The notes: generated by a model from the letters alone, not told the origin. Positions 24,995 through 39,185 are shown, counted from the whole stretch's first letter. The stretch: DNA of 63,801 bases, filler included, from Octopus bimaculoides (GCF_001194135.2; 6 parts of 4 records of this genome joined end to end with filler, not necessarily neighbours in it); one strand, 5' to 3'. Translations and numbers: made by a program.

Positions 24995-25169
24995 TTTAGT
25001 TTACCTCTTACCATTTGACAAGTTCTTGTAAAACCATTGAATTTAGAAATTCTTGCAAATTGCTTTTCAAATGTGAGCTGTTCTAGCTCACATTTGAAAA
25101 GCAATTTGCAAGAATTTCTAAATTCAATGGTTTTACAAGAACTTGTCAAATGGTAAGAGGTAAACTAAA
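24995..25169. repeat. Perfect inverted repeat, 85-bp arms, 5-nt spacer
   Basis: 24995-25079 is the exact reverse complement of 25085-25169 (checked base by base); spacer GTTCT. Confidence 0.97.
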
Positions 25170-25425
25170 ATCATATAGATTTGCATAACTTGTCACGTTG
25201 GGCCTAAATTAAATTAATAACCAAATTAGTCAATAAGGAAGATGGTGATTTAACAAAAATTGTAGAATGCCAAATACAGGGTTTATAGCATCTAATTCTA
25301 TTTCTACATGCTGGGTTCAAACACTACTTGGAATAATTTTTCTGTGCCATCACTTTAATTCTGATAAATTAAATTCTCATTATAAAAATAAAACAAAAAC
25401 TTTTTTTATTGGATTCACAATTTTA

Positions 25426-25490
<65 letters not shown>

Positions 25491-26122
25491 NNNNNNNNNN
25501 NNNNNNNNNNNNNNNNNNNNNNNNNNNNNNNNNNTTAATTAATTAANNNNNNNNNNNNNNNNNNNNNNNNNNNNNNNNNNNNNNNNNNNNATATATATAT
25601 ATATATATATATATATATACTTATTCAAAGGAGGAGCTCAGACGTAATTTTAGGGTATGAGTATCCAACTCTGAAGTATCAACTGATGATTCGGACTCAT
25701 TAAATTACGGCACAGGTGGTTGAGTATTCCAGAGGTAAGAATACCCACGTGAGAATTGTAGTGAGACAGTGTGAGAAGATTTTTTAATAGAATAGCATGC
25801 GAACTTGGTATTGCGGGCTGCTATATTGTTCCAGAAAAACTATTTTTAGGTACAGCTTGTGATTCGGCCTGTGGTTATAGTATATTTCGCTTGCCCGCGA
25901 TGACATACATGAAACGAAACCCATGTTGTTGCGATTGTGTATAAGTCTCCTCAAACATTCTACCACACTGTGCCTATAAACATTGACGGATAGACACCTA
26001 GAAATATAGATACCTACAAAAACAAGCGTTTACAAACGCAGAAACAGACACACACACATACATGCATACATACTTACACACTGATGCACGCATAGGTAAA
26101 TATAAATATAAATATAGATATG

Positions 26123-26182
<60 letters not shown>

Positions 26183-26915
26183 GAGGCATTCAGAGTCACT
26201 CGACACATTATTTCACAGCATACTTAGATGTAAACAGATAGTCATAATCATAGGTATATCGATAGACATAGTGAAATATAGGTGCCATAATTCATTTAAA
26301 TTGTTAATAGATTAATAAATCCATTATTGCTTCAGTAATAGCATGGCGATAATTAGTGACTGATCACTGATAATTATCTGCAGTATTTCTGCAAAGAGAA
26401 AACGATACTCTAGTTATATTTTTGTTTGTTTTCCAATATTTAAATATATTTATTTAATATCTTATTATTATTTTTTATGCATTTGATCTGAGTATATTTG
26501 TTGTTGTTTTTTAATGTTTTATCTTTTTCTTTATATATATCTTTGTTATTTAGTGTTGGTGCTAAATTTCTAGAGTTGTAGAGTGCTGGAAAAAAACTCC
26601 TTGCTCTATTTGTTTCGACATTTTGGTTTCGAAGTCGAAACCTCACTGAGATTAACTTTGATTTTCCTTATTCTGGGGTGAATAAAATAGTCAGCCAGTA
26701 AGTAGTGTGGTTCATAAAGTTAGTTGTTCGTGCATTCCAACTTTCTGAACTTGTGTCCGCATAAGAACTTTTTTCTAAATACGAGAAAGTAATGGCGTGG
26801 AGTTGAAACCCGGTCTGGTCTGTGCGATATAACTTAATTTGATTTTGCTCGAATTAAGTCTTCAGCATTTCGAAGCATATCTGAAAAGCAAAGACTGGCT
26901 CCAAATTGAGAATTA

Positions 26916-29082
26916 CACTGGTCTACAGAGGCAGGTACGAAAGTGCTCCTTGAGGCAAACGTAAAAGTAGTTGTTCTAGCGAAATTGTGGGGTGCTGATT
27001 TCAGATACAAAACCAGTTTTCAGTCATCACCTCTAGTTTTTGAAATACCCATTATCATGATTTTGTCACAATTCATGTAATTCAATTTTTATTTTGTTTT
27101 CCAGACTTTTGTGATTCATACGATACACATCTCTACAATGGCTTCAGATTCTTCAAAACACCAAAGATGTATCAACAAGGCAAATTCATTCTGCTACGTG
27201 TGAGGTGATTTCATGACAGTTGCACAGCACCAAACAATTATTCCCCTCCTGTGAACTGCCTACTTATTTTCGCTGTAAAATTGGAGATCAGGAAAACTCC
27301 TGGGTGCCACACATCTGCTGTAAATCCTTCTACAATGGACTAACTGCACGGTTTAACGGCAAGAAAGTAGCCTTCAACTTTGCTGTCCCGATGATCAGAA
27401 GAGAGCAGCGAAGCCATGCATATGATTGTTATTTTTGTCTAACAAATATAACAGGTTTCAATGCTTCTTCTAGAAAAAAGATCCACTATTCCAAACTTCC
27501 CCCACCTATGAGACAATGATCTCTCTGTCCCCACACCCTCAGCAAATAAGTATCTTCTTCCTTTATTCAGATAAAGAAATGCATTAAGGAGAAGTTTCTG
27601 CCAAGTCGATCTTTTCTAAAGACAATGTCTCTGTTTATTCAGGGGCAAGTGGCAATCAGCCTCACTGGATCACGCAGGAAGACCTGAATGTCATTACCTC
27701 TGATTTGTATCTATCTAAGCAGCAATTAGAGCTCCTGGCATCCCGGCTTAAGCAGTGGAACCTGGTCAATTCAGATATAAGGATCACCGCTTTCAGGACT
27801 CGGAATCATGGCTTTACTTCAGTCTTCGACATGAGAAACAGGTTGTGCTACTGCACAAATGTCTCTGACTTGTTCACCTTTTTGGTTTCTCACACAATCC
27901 CTCAGACTGGCGTGTTTTCAAAGACCTTTTCGAGTGAAACCTGTAGCCTGTGCTCTTACACAATGGGAATAAATACTTCAGCATTCTCATTGCCAACTCA
28001 GTCCATCTAAATGAGTCGTATGTTAATATGGAGCTGCTTTTGGAAACTGTCAAGTACAACACCAGTAATTGTGGAGTCTCTGCGTGGACCTCAAGGTCAT
28101 TGGGACCCTCATCGGTATGCAAGCGAGTTTCACAAAATACTGTTTCTGTCTCTGGGTCAGTTGGGCTGTATCGAAGCAGAAGGTCTGGGGATCTAGGAGC
28201 ACTTTCGTACCTGGTGAACACAGTGTCCAAGAAAATCTTCTGGTGAACATGAATAAGGTGTTTCTTCCCTTTCTTCATATCAAGCTTGGTTTAATGAAAA
28301 ATTTCGTGAAGGCTACGGACAAAAATGGGGATGCCTTCCAACACTTGTGCACTCTGTTCCGAGCTCTGACTTCTGCTAAGCTCAAGCAGGACATCTCCGT
28401 CAGACATCATATATGAGAGATGTTGAAGGATAAGGACTTTGAGGAGCGTTTTATCTGAAAGGAACCCGGAATATGAGAATCATTTAAGTCAGTCTGCCAT
28501 GGCTTCCTTTGTAACACACGGTTACTAGATTACCAAGAGTATATCGAAAGGTTGTTACAATCTTATGTGGATACGGATTGTCACTCAAAATTCACTTTTT
28601 TAACCCTCCAACTTCTTCCCTTTGAAGCTCGGAGCATTGTGTGATGTGCATTGAGAAATATTCCACGAAGATATTACAAAGATGGAGAGCAACTAGCAAG
28701 GCAAGTGGTATCGCAGCATAATGGTGGACTTTTGCTGGATGCTCTTGCGTGACATCCTGGAGGCAAAGGGCACAAGATCGTCCAAAAAGTCACTTCCAAC
28801 ACTCTGCTCTACCACAATTTTTGTGTATTCTATAATACAAGTAATTTAGTTTCAACAACGTTCTGTATCTATGATGTTTTTTCTCTTTGTAATATGCGTT
28901 TGTAACGGATGAAATAAACACATTAAAGTTTGAATTAATATGCAGTATAATTAGAATGGGATATATGGAAGCAAAAAAACTAGAGCAAAACTGCTCAAAA
29001 AATTAAATTTTCCACATCAAAATTAGTAAAAATCACCTATTTATATCCTTGCCTCAGAGCAAAAAAATGTTGTAACCCATTG
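26916..29082 (+). mobile_element. Chapaev3-like (CMC superfamily) DNA transposon, full length but decayed
   Basis: WVPHICC...DCYFCLTNITG (Chapa-type Cys domain); GMQASFTKYCFCLW; FLPFLHIKLGLMKNFVKA; SAKLKQ; SKFTF...; ends CACTGGTCTACA / TGTAACCCATTG; 3-bp TTA duplicated at 26913-26915 and 29083-29085. Confidence 0.85.
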
Positions 29083-29329
29083 TTATAAATAACAGGGTCT
29101 AATCAACTTTGTTATATGGTGCAGACGAATAGTGAGTCAACGTAAGTATCTTCAGGAAGCTCCAAACAGTCAACAGTAGATGGATCTGAAATATAAAATA
29201 TACAGAAATTATGAGCAGCAAAACAGTGCTCGTGGCCCTTATGAAAGGGGTCCTAGAAAAAAGCGAGGAATAGTAGATGTGTAAACTATCCATTACGAAG
29301 AGCAGACGTTTTATATCTTTTGTTTATTG

Positions 29330-29480
29330 TCCCAGTCATGGAATGGAGTCTAATGGGAAAGAGGTCATTGTGCCATGAAGGGATTATCATAAGAGACACA
29401 ATGTCTGTTATCTGCTTGCAGCACAGTCGGGATTGGTGGCGCTACGAGCTGATTTCAGATGTATTTACACAATTTGTCTG
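29330..29480 (+). pseudogene. Possible very old LINE RT thumb remnant
   Basis: EGIIIRDTMSVICLQHSRDWWRYELISDVF weakly matches the CR1/L2 'GLSYEERL..L.L.SLE.RR.RGDLI.VF' pattern. Confidence 0.3.
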
Positions 29481-32400
29481 CGAGCGAGAAATTTTCTCCG
29501 TTACAAAACACAGCGAATGGATGTCTTACTAGTTTGAATATGCCCCAAGCATATTTAAACTGTAAATAGCCATGTACTATACGGCTCATCTGAGAATAAC
29601 CAAACTAAGGTCAGCAGAGAAAAGTTAAAGGCACAGATCACAGGAAAAGTGTCTGTAGAACCCCCAATGTTCCGTCAGGAATCAAAACATGCCAACAAAA
29701 ACCAGTCCAAATGCGACCGTCCCATCCCATCCCTTTTCTATGCACATATATCTCCGGACCAAGATTTTTCTGTGTTATATGAATGGGATTTGGTTGATAT
29801 ATATATTAAGTCGTTTACATTATAGAGGCTACCTCATAGAGTTATACCTGTTGTTGAAAGATGGTGAACCGAGCCCTGCCTGACCATTACCAGAGTGCAT
29901 TCTGTTGCAACCATCCGAAATAACTCTTTTGTCTAAGAATAAATTCTATTCATACCTCACCAATCTCAGACACAAGACTAGGGTGCTACTCCTCTTTGCC
30001 TGAGGAATGAAATGCTCAACACCTTTCGTGATGGAAGAAACATAAGATGAACTCTAATCTAGTAATAACTATCTTGTATTTTTGTACATTTAGGATTGGC
30101 TCTCTCCATGCACGAATTTTTGTTGTGTATATAAACTATGTAGGGTTTGTTTTGAGAGATATCAGACTGCTACATCGAAGAGGGCAAGTAATCATGGCGA
30201 TGTACAGCTCCTGATATAGTGTTTTGCTTTGCGTGTGTATATGTCTGCAAGTACATAATTGGGGATCTGAATATGTGTGCGCATGCGTTCATGCATGCAT
30301 CCGTGTCTGTGTGTGAGTCTATGTATAAATCAGCATGTATATGCACCCACACTTGTGTTATTATAAGTCTTATATGTTTTCATAAGTGAATAAAATTTCC
30401 ATTTAGCTTTTATCTTTTTGCATATTCATCTTCCGTATGTTGTAATACACGTGTGCTGTTGGTTTAGTTTTGCTTCAAATCATTATTGAACATTCATTTA
30501 CTCAAAAGTTGCAAATGGAAGAAAGGCTAAAACAGCAAAAACAAAACAAAAAAATGGAAAAGATGTCGCAGTGAGATAATAATTCTAGTAGTAATGTATT
30601 TTAATATAATGTATTTTAAAATGAGTTTCAATTGAAAGTTTGATGAAATCATATGACAACTAAAATGAAAACAACCAAGAAAAAAGTTAAGCCGCCACCA
30701 TGTAGGTGGAGAAGGAGAAGCTAACGAAGTTATTATATGAGCACGGAATCAGATATGAAATTAAAACAATAAATTTCAAGTGGAAATAAATTCAACAAGT
30801 ATAATTTTAAAGAACAGGAACATCAACTTTTACTGTAAAACCAGCAACAATATAAATATTAAAAGTAATCATAATAATATCAAAAACTAAAACCATAAAC
30901 AATAAAGGATTAACCATCGATATCAAGAGGAACATGTGTTACGAGAACAAGAAAATAAACTAAATTAACACTAATAACAACAGCATGAGAACAATCAGAG
31001 CAATATCAATATCAAACCAAATAACACGAACACCGGAACAATCAGAATTATATCGGTATCACAAAAGTAATATCAGCATCAACAGTAGGCACATTATCCG
31101 GGGAACGATTGAGAGCAAGCAGCATCATAATCACAACAAAAACAACAACAATACCAGCAATAGCAGAAGAAACTGCTGCACCAACACACGATTTAAAGCA
31201 GAACATGTGTAAAGGGGACAAAAAAATTAACAATTCTCTTAACAGTAATAAAACATTTAAAATGAAAACGATTAACTGCAATTAATATCAATAAATTATA
31301 GAAATAATCACGGCAAGTACTGTCTGCAACATGAAGAATAAAATTTTCAACAGCAAAAAGACTTGTAATACAAACAACAGCTGTTTCTCTAGTACTTCAA
31401 CAATAGCAGCAACAGCAACGACGGCGGCGGCGGCAACAGCAACTACAATGAATGCATAAATTACAGCAGAAACATGAAATATTCCCACAAAGACACCTTT
31501 GGTGTGATCAATTTTCTTTCAAATCTTACCAAACCGTTTTATAAAGGGGTGAATAGTTGAATGAAAGAAATTTGAAAATAATTCGTCAAAAAAGAAAACG
31601 TTTTATCACATCATAAATCCCTGTCGAATATAGTCGCACCACAGTCACTGCACCGATCTGCGTGTAATAATCCTGTTCGTTTTGCGGTGACCTGGATTTA
31701 CATTAAAACAACAAAAAACATGCAACTACAAACACTAAAATTACTAAACCAGTGATAGTGAGTATGTTTATGGTTCAGTCACGGAAATATAACTGCCCCA
31801 TGAAACTTCACAAGGTTCATGACCATTCAGTTGCGAAATTCATGCGGTTTTTAAGTGGATAACTACACAAAGAATATGACTGGAAACAGAATACCAGAGT
31901 GTCGCAGGTTTGGGAGTACAAAAAGTCAGCATAGCTGTTAACATGGATCTGCAGAAGTGAGCATAGTGTAAATGTTGAAGAGAGAGGTGACAAGTGTTTC
32001 GATATTGTTTGAGTAGACTTTCGGGCCTTCTGCCTTGAGTAGTAAAGGAAAGGATATTGTCAAGAGTAGACGGGCATGAAATAAGCTACTTAATTGAGTC
32101 TGTTTTAGGATGGGCAGAAATAGTAATGCGGTAAGAATGCAAATCTGTGTGCTAGACGTTCGATAATATTCGCGAAAGACCAGATGACAAATATTGGCTG
32201 CCTTTTTTTCATGTACTATAGAATTTACTATAGAAGTATTTTAACAAAAGCATTATCGTTATAGAGAGTAACTAATTTTTAGAAGCTAAAATATTGCTTG
32301 GCTCTGAACTGAAAAAGTAGTTTGTATTGTATGGTTTTTACTACGTTACGAATATTAACTCGCTGGGATTGACTATTATTAATCAGAAGCCTTAGTATTT

Positions 32401-33040
32401 ATATTGATTTTGACTGTTTTAGTTGCGTGTTTTCCAAGACTAGAGGAAATGGGGTAGAAAATTGTTTCCTTGCCATGTGTAATCATTGAAACTGACATTG
32501 ACGTGTCCCCATTGAATGATATTTTCCAGGAAAATGCTCGTGGATGTAAAGTAATATCAGCTGAAAGCAATGAATTAGAACAGCTACAAAACCAACGGCA
32601 ACAGCTCTTGCAGTTCCACAACTACAGCAACAAATTTATGCTGCAAGAAATTCATTAACAACAGCCATCTTAAAAATACTACAAGGTAGACAATGCAGTA
32701 GATTATAATCGGTCATAGAAAATTCTACATTAACATAAAAAGTTGCGTCAATTATTAAATCATCGGTCAGCGTCACAACAACGAAAGCAACAGTAGCAAC
32801 AACTGCAACACTCACAACTGCAACAACAGACACAACAAAAAGACCAAGCTTAACTCCAATTATATCAGCAGTAAGACGTTACGACCATACTAACAACAAT
32901 AATACGATTATCACCAACATATTAAAAACGACAAACCTACAGACATAGCATGCTACAAAAGCAGCAGCGAAAACAGTAATAGCAATAACAGTAAGAGATG
33001 CGATAGCAACTAGGTCCTCAATGATCATCATCGCAGATGT

Positions 33041-33656
33041 GGGATCTATTTCAAAACGGGGGCACCAGTTTTCATTTATGTTTTATGTAGTGTTTTTGGT
33101 ACGGAAAGACTTTCAAACTTCGTATACTTATCTATTTTGTGTTATAGAACAGAAAAATATTTTTGTATTCGAATTTATTTCATGTAAAAAATTGTCTTAT
33201 TTCCATAATTTCTACTAATCACTGACGTCTATTCAGTTGAAAACAGTTAGCGCTGTAACGGTGTATATCGTATTAATCCCCTAACCCTAACCCTAACCCT
33301 AACTAGACTGTTAACCGTAACCGTAACCGTAACCCTAACCCTAACTCTAGAATCCGAACTCTAAAATTGTTACACGCATAGATACGCACAGCGTAATTTA
33401 TTATATAAACAATATATGCGTATAAATTACGATTAAACCGGATGAAATATGACACAGGGAATAACATTTTCATGACCGCCCAGCAGTAACTCTATTGAGT
33501 TGAATAGACGTCAGTGATTGGTTGAAATTACAGAAATACGACAACTTTAACATGGAATAACTTGCGAATTCCTTTTTTTTTGTTAAGAAGACTAAGAGTA
33601 AAAGATGTTTTGTTTCGTTAAGAAAATACTGGCGCCCCCGTTTTAAAATATATCCC
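33041..33656. mobile_element. MITE with long imperfect TIRs and an internal (CCCTAA)n core
   Basis: GGGATCTATTTCAAAACGGGGGCACCAGT at 33041 and ACTGGCGCCCCCGTTTTAAAATATATCCC ending at 33656. Inner IR AATCACTGACGTCTATTCA at 33217-33235 and 33501-33519. AGATGT duplicated on both flanks. Confidence 0.9.
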
Positions 33657-35152
33657 AGATGTGTACCGGCATGAAATAATCACTAAGTTGCGCACAATAG
33701 AAAAGGCGTTGTCTTAAAAAGTGGAAGGAAACAGACCATAAGGTTCAGTGTCTGAAAACCTCACAGTAATAAAAACACGAAAGCATCAAAAGCAATCACA
33801 ACTGTGAGGATAGTGGCAACCACAGCAATAACGACGAGAATCGCGGCAATAGCAACTACATTATCTAACACAGTAATAGCAATAAATCATTATGCGCCTC
33901 AGTAAGAAAAAGAGTATCAAGGAATATAGCGTCTACAATAGCAATTATATACAATAGCATTTATAATAAAAAAAAAAGACAACAAAAAAAAAACAACTGC
34001 CTGAATAATAGTGATAACATGCAGAAAACGGAAATCAAATTAATAACCTCAGACATCATTATCAAGACCAGCAACAACAATAACAACAACGGCAATGATA
34101 GTGACGATTATCAGCAACAAGAGTAAGAGCAAGTGTAGAAGTTTCAGTAGAAAATATCAGCAATAGCTATTGTGGCAAGAGGGGCATTATAAAAAAAAAA
34201 CAACAACAACAACAGTAGCAAGCGTAGTAGCAACAGCAGCAATATTAGCAATAACAGTTGTGACTACGCCAGTAATAACCACACAATAGCTGCAAGCATA
34301 TCGAAAACTTTCGAAAATAACCGAACAAAATAATCAACAAAGTCAGTAACAGCAGTGATTGGAGGGACATCAAATGAATAGTATAAAATGTAGGACTCAC
34401 AACAACGGCAGCAAGATCAATAGGAAAACTTCATCAGCAAATTTATCAATTCAGTCCCAAACTTCAAAATACCACAAGGAATAACAATCAACCACGAGAG
34501 CTTTCTGAAATTACGCCATGTTTTCTTGAAAAAATAAACGAATGGTATATTGGATTACGTAGTGTTAAATACACCATGTCTGAATAAAATGCTAGACGAC
34601 CATGAGTAAAACACTTCCAGTCATAGGTCTCTAAGATCAAACCTTGTCTTGAACAAAATATAACAACATTAGCAATTAATCACACCAAATACAGTAAGAG
34701 AATATACGCAGCCGAAACAGTTTTAAAATATCACTAGAGTAATTGAAACATGCAGCTGTGACAATGAGAGAAAACATCAGAGATACGGTAACATCTTGAA
34801 CAAATGACTCAAATAATTTTAACTGTTCAACAAAAATACTAGAAACATAAGCCGTATTTTTTAATTAATTGATCAGAGGTAGAAGGTCAGAAACCATTGG
34901 ACTTTTGACTTTCGTTTACGCGATAATTATCGCCATTAACACAATTGCCTCTAGATTGAAAGACGATAACATCGATAAAAAGTTAATAAAAAATATAAAT
35001 CCATAGAAACAACCCTGAAAATGTAATGAAAATACAAGGGTTTGCAACAAAACCAGCAATGACAAGAAAGATCATAGCAGTAGCGAAATTAACAGCGATT
35101 AACTAAAGGTCAATTGACTCTATAAAATCGCAACTGTACAGCCGACATAACG

Positions 35153-35334
35153 AATATTGGTTTCAAATTTTGGCACAAGGCCAGTACTTCGGGGGAAGGG
35201 AAAAGTTGAATACATCGAGTCGGAAAGGATGACATGCAAAGTCAACACGGTGGAGTTTGAACTCAGAACGTAAAGATGGACGAAATGTCGTTTAGCATTT
35301 TGCACGTCATGCTAAGAATTTTGCCAACTCGCCA
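35153..35334 (-). mobile_element. tRNA-derived SINE (same head and core as 60049-60289)
   Basis: ...GGATGACATGCAAAGTCAACACGGTGGAGTTTGAACTCAGAACGTAA... Confidence 0.8.
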
Positions 35335-36243
35335 CTTGTTGCATATCAAATATTGGCATCTAAAACAAGGACATATTGAATAATATGAATAATAAATGGT
35401 GTTAAGTACTGAATGAGGACCCTAAAATTTCTCATTTTCCGGTTAGTATAATTTGCATTATTAAAAATGAAAACGGCTTCACTGAACTCAATTATCCAAT
35501 GACATGTCAAGGACCAACATTTGTTATTTCTCTTAGCTTTTTTATTTTTTGATGGTTAAATAACGGACTCGCTCATAATCGAGCAATCATAACGGTAACC
35601 AACTCTAATATTTACGATCAATGTTGAACAGCGAACAAATATCAACAACAATAAAGAGAACAACAACAACGATAACGAAACCAATACCATCGGCAGCAGC
35701 CATTGTAAATGCAACTAGAATAAAAAGAAAAATATCAGCGAGAAACAATAAAAAGGATAAAGTAGCAAGCATCTTTGCACCTAGGGATATAAGAAGCAAT
35801 AGCTACCGTAAAAAAACAACCGCAACTGCTGCAGCCGTCGCAACAGAGACAGCATAGGAACAGGAAAATGTGCATGGACAATAGTCAGTTCAACTGTAGC
35901 AAGGGCAATAATAGTAGTAACATGGGAGCCTGAAACAATTATTGCCTCTCTCTCTCTCTAATTCCCCAACATGCTACGAATGGTAGTCAAACTTCTCTAA
36001 TCGCCACTATTCTTGTAAGAAAAAACGGACAAAATGATAATGCTAGTTCATCCGTAGAGGTAACAAATACATCTAATTTCAGCTTCCAATGCAGCCTTTA
36101 TTGCAACAACCAAACCCCTAAATACATACACAATACTCCTGAACACAATTTTCACTTAAAAACGTAGAATTGCTTTCACTGTACTTTGATAAATATAAAC
36201 AATATATAAACGCTTACAGAAAAATATTTGGAGACTTTGTAAA

Positions 36244-36719
36244 ATGAAAGTACTTGGCCACGTGAATTATATACTGAGTGACACAGCTGCACTTCTTTTT
36301 GCAAGGCTTAAGAGTCATTGCTGCTGTCTACTCAAAGATCTTGGACAAAGTTGTGAGCTCTTGGATAGACAGAGAGTACGCAATAGAAAGCCGTACGTCT
36401 TCCAACATGACCCTATTCTGTTTCATAAGTCTAGGGCAACCCAAGCGTGGAAGCGAGGCAATCTCCATGGTTATATTCTGACTGACACATGTACTTTTAG
36501 CTCGCCAGACTAGATTATTGATCCAGTAGATTATTACGTATGGGGCGTGGTCAAGAGAGAGTTCAATAACACTCTCATGACAACGTACAATCTCTTAAGT
36601 CCGCCATAACCAAAATAACTAAGTTCAAAATTGTTAAAGATCATGTTATTCGGGCATGTCAAAGTTTCCGACCTGATACTGAAGTAGCCATTGATGCTAA
36701 CGTTGTATTCATTGAATAG
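36244..36719 (+). pseudogene. Tc1/mariner transposase C-terminal relic (DD37D/maT-like)
   Basis: HFFLQGLRVIAAVYSKILDKVVSSWI; KPYVFQHDPILFHKSRATQAW; SSPD*IIDPVDYYVWGVV; VIRACQSFR...FIE*. Confidence 0.8.
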
Positions 36720-39154
36720 GTGTGATGAAAGTATTCTCAAGATTATTTGTACCAAATTATTTTCACATACATATTTTCTTCGGTGAGCTATGCGTCTTTT
36801 TCTAAATTCATACAAGCGACCTAAAAAAATCTGTTTCATATTGTAAAGATACAACTTAATAACTGTTCTACCCAATATGAGTCTAAATAACATTGCAAAC
36901 AATATAAACCATTGAAATAATCATCCTAGAAGATCAAGTACCAACTGTGGAATAGTAAGCACAGCATTCACAATAACTAGAAGAAACATATTAATATGCT
37001 TGTTTTCAATGTCTGATGTTCTACTGGTGACTATTTCTTATATGTTTGTGCATTGGGGACGTATAAATAAGACCAGTGGAACTCAACATTTATTTCAATC
37101 TACTGCTGCAGGTAAGGATAAGGATAGTACTGCAGACGAAGGAAAGATGCGTCGCAGGTATATCACCTTACAACTGGGGCAACTATTCTCAGTTAATCAA
37201 GAGTGCTATAACTGCTTTGCTCCATTAATGGCCAAGGTGTGTCGATAATGAGTTTCCAAATACAAATATTTCAACAGGCTGTTGCATCCCCTCATTGACA
37301 GAAATAACTCACATTTGTTAACCCTCACCCCAGTTAATATAACAAAATAACTAATATTTGTTAAACTCCACTCCAGTCAATGCAGTCATTAGCAGCTGAA
37401 GTCTGTCAGTGTACCATTCCAATATATTATATACTAGCAAAACAAGAAGAAAGAGAATTTCAGTTGATATAGAAATGATATACAGTGTAAAGGCCTTCTT
37501 AGTGTAAAGGCCTTCTTAGGCATGAGGATCTAATCTCCATTTGAAAAGTATTAAACAGGGAACTTAGAAACTTACTGGATTTCTTGAACAAAGCGTCACT
37601 CTATCTTAAGGTAATATTTCAGTCTTATTTCTCATCTCTACCTGAGAGCTATGTAAGCAGAGATGTTAGAATACTAAATACTTGGATAAGTCGCATATCT
37701 TCACATACAAGGCAAATATCGGAGAAATATTTGGGAAATTTTGCCGGAAGCTTGAAATTAGAGGAATTAATTCTACTTCTTTACAACATCGCACTAAATT
37801 TCTAGGCTAACACAGAAGGTACTAAAACATTAAAGAGAATTCTTAATATATAAATGCCTTCTTGAAAAACTACAGCTGTTCCTGTTTTATGTTGGTATTC
37901 GCTTATTATTTTAAGTGAATTAGTGGCGTTTCCTGAAATATCCGCTTTCAAAAAGAATGTATTTGGTAATGTAAAACAAGATGTATACATGTCATATTTA
38001 TAGCTGGAGTGACTCTGAAAGACGTATCCTCGAATAAGAGTTATGAATTAAGGCAAATCCACTAAAAGAGGCCCTTCCGGTGGTCTCTCATCCAACTAGC
38101 ATGAGAATAAATGTTAACCCTCAAATTACAGAAATGATATGTTGGATAATAATGTCTTAAATGCACAGCTTGAATTAAAATGTGCGATGAGTAAGGAAGG
38201 AATGCTTTTGATCATAGATTTGCTTGACCCAAACTGTTGTAGGACTAAAACCGCTCCGCTACAGATTTATAAGTTTAGGGAATCGATATACAACGGACCA
38301 CTGATGGTTTACAGAGTAACGATATCATAACTTATTTTCGAGTAACTTGTACGTACGTATAGATGTTTTAATAGGGTATCCAACAACTATTTATTATCTG
38401 GGATTGTATCGATAATCATTCAGGAAGATATTCAATCGGTTAGACCAGTGATTGTCTCAAACATAGTATGCCAAACACACATGCGTGCTACAAGGTCTTG
38501 CTAGGTGCAACATAAAAATGATGAAAAATGTTTTAAAAATGTGAAAAGTACAAACTGAAATTATAAAACCTTGGTAACTATAATTAATTTATTGAATAAA
38601 GAATGATTATGATATAATTTTATGTGTTTTAAATTATAGTGTTTGAATGCATTCGTTTGCGCCTCGTCATTTGAAGAATTTTGTAACATTTTTTTTAGCG
38701 TGGATTCTCTAACTCATATAATGACGTGCTCTAAATCATTTCTATAGATATGACTTTGCCCTTATAGTTTATCATACAAATCTACTTTGATAACTGACAT
38801 TATATTCCTGTCTTCTGTCGTAGCTGCCACATCTCAGTTGCTATTAAGGTAATCAATTTTAATACATGGTCGAGGCAAATGTGTTTTTATGAGAAGTAGT
38901 AGGTATAGTCAGAAATAGACTCTAGATAAAATTTGAAAGAAACTCGAATGAAATTTGTAGAAACAAACTATTAATTCACCTCAAATTCGGAAAGACCTGG
39001 AAGATTTATTAAGACGAAATTCTTGTGATATTAGAGTGAATTCTAACATTCGTGTAACGGCCTGACAATATATCGCTGGCGAAAACGTGGGTATGTTTGG
39101 AGAATGTTTGCTTGATTGGATATATACACACGTGCACGTACAACCAAACACGCG

Positions 39155-39185
<31 letters not shown>

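Noticed and set aside
25681-25790. CTGATGA motif near a gap
   Set aside because: No downstream stem II-GAAA.
26600-26655. GGTTTCG/CGAAACC hairpin with GTCGAAAC on the minus strand, hammerhead-like
   Set aside because: Core reads CUCAGUGA and no stem I or III can be formed.
36534-36902. 122-aa minus-strand ORF
   Set aside because: Largely antisense to the mariner relic; no motif.
37484-37519. Short tandem duplications (18-bp here; ~30-bp at ~45815-45870)
   Set aside because: Ordinary slippage duplications with no further structure.
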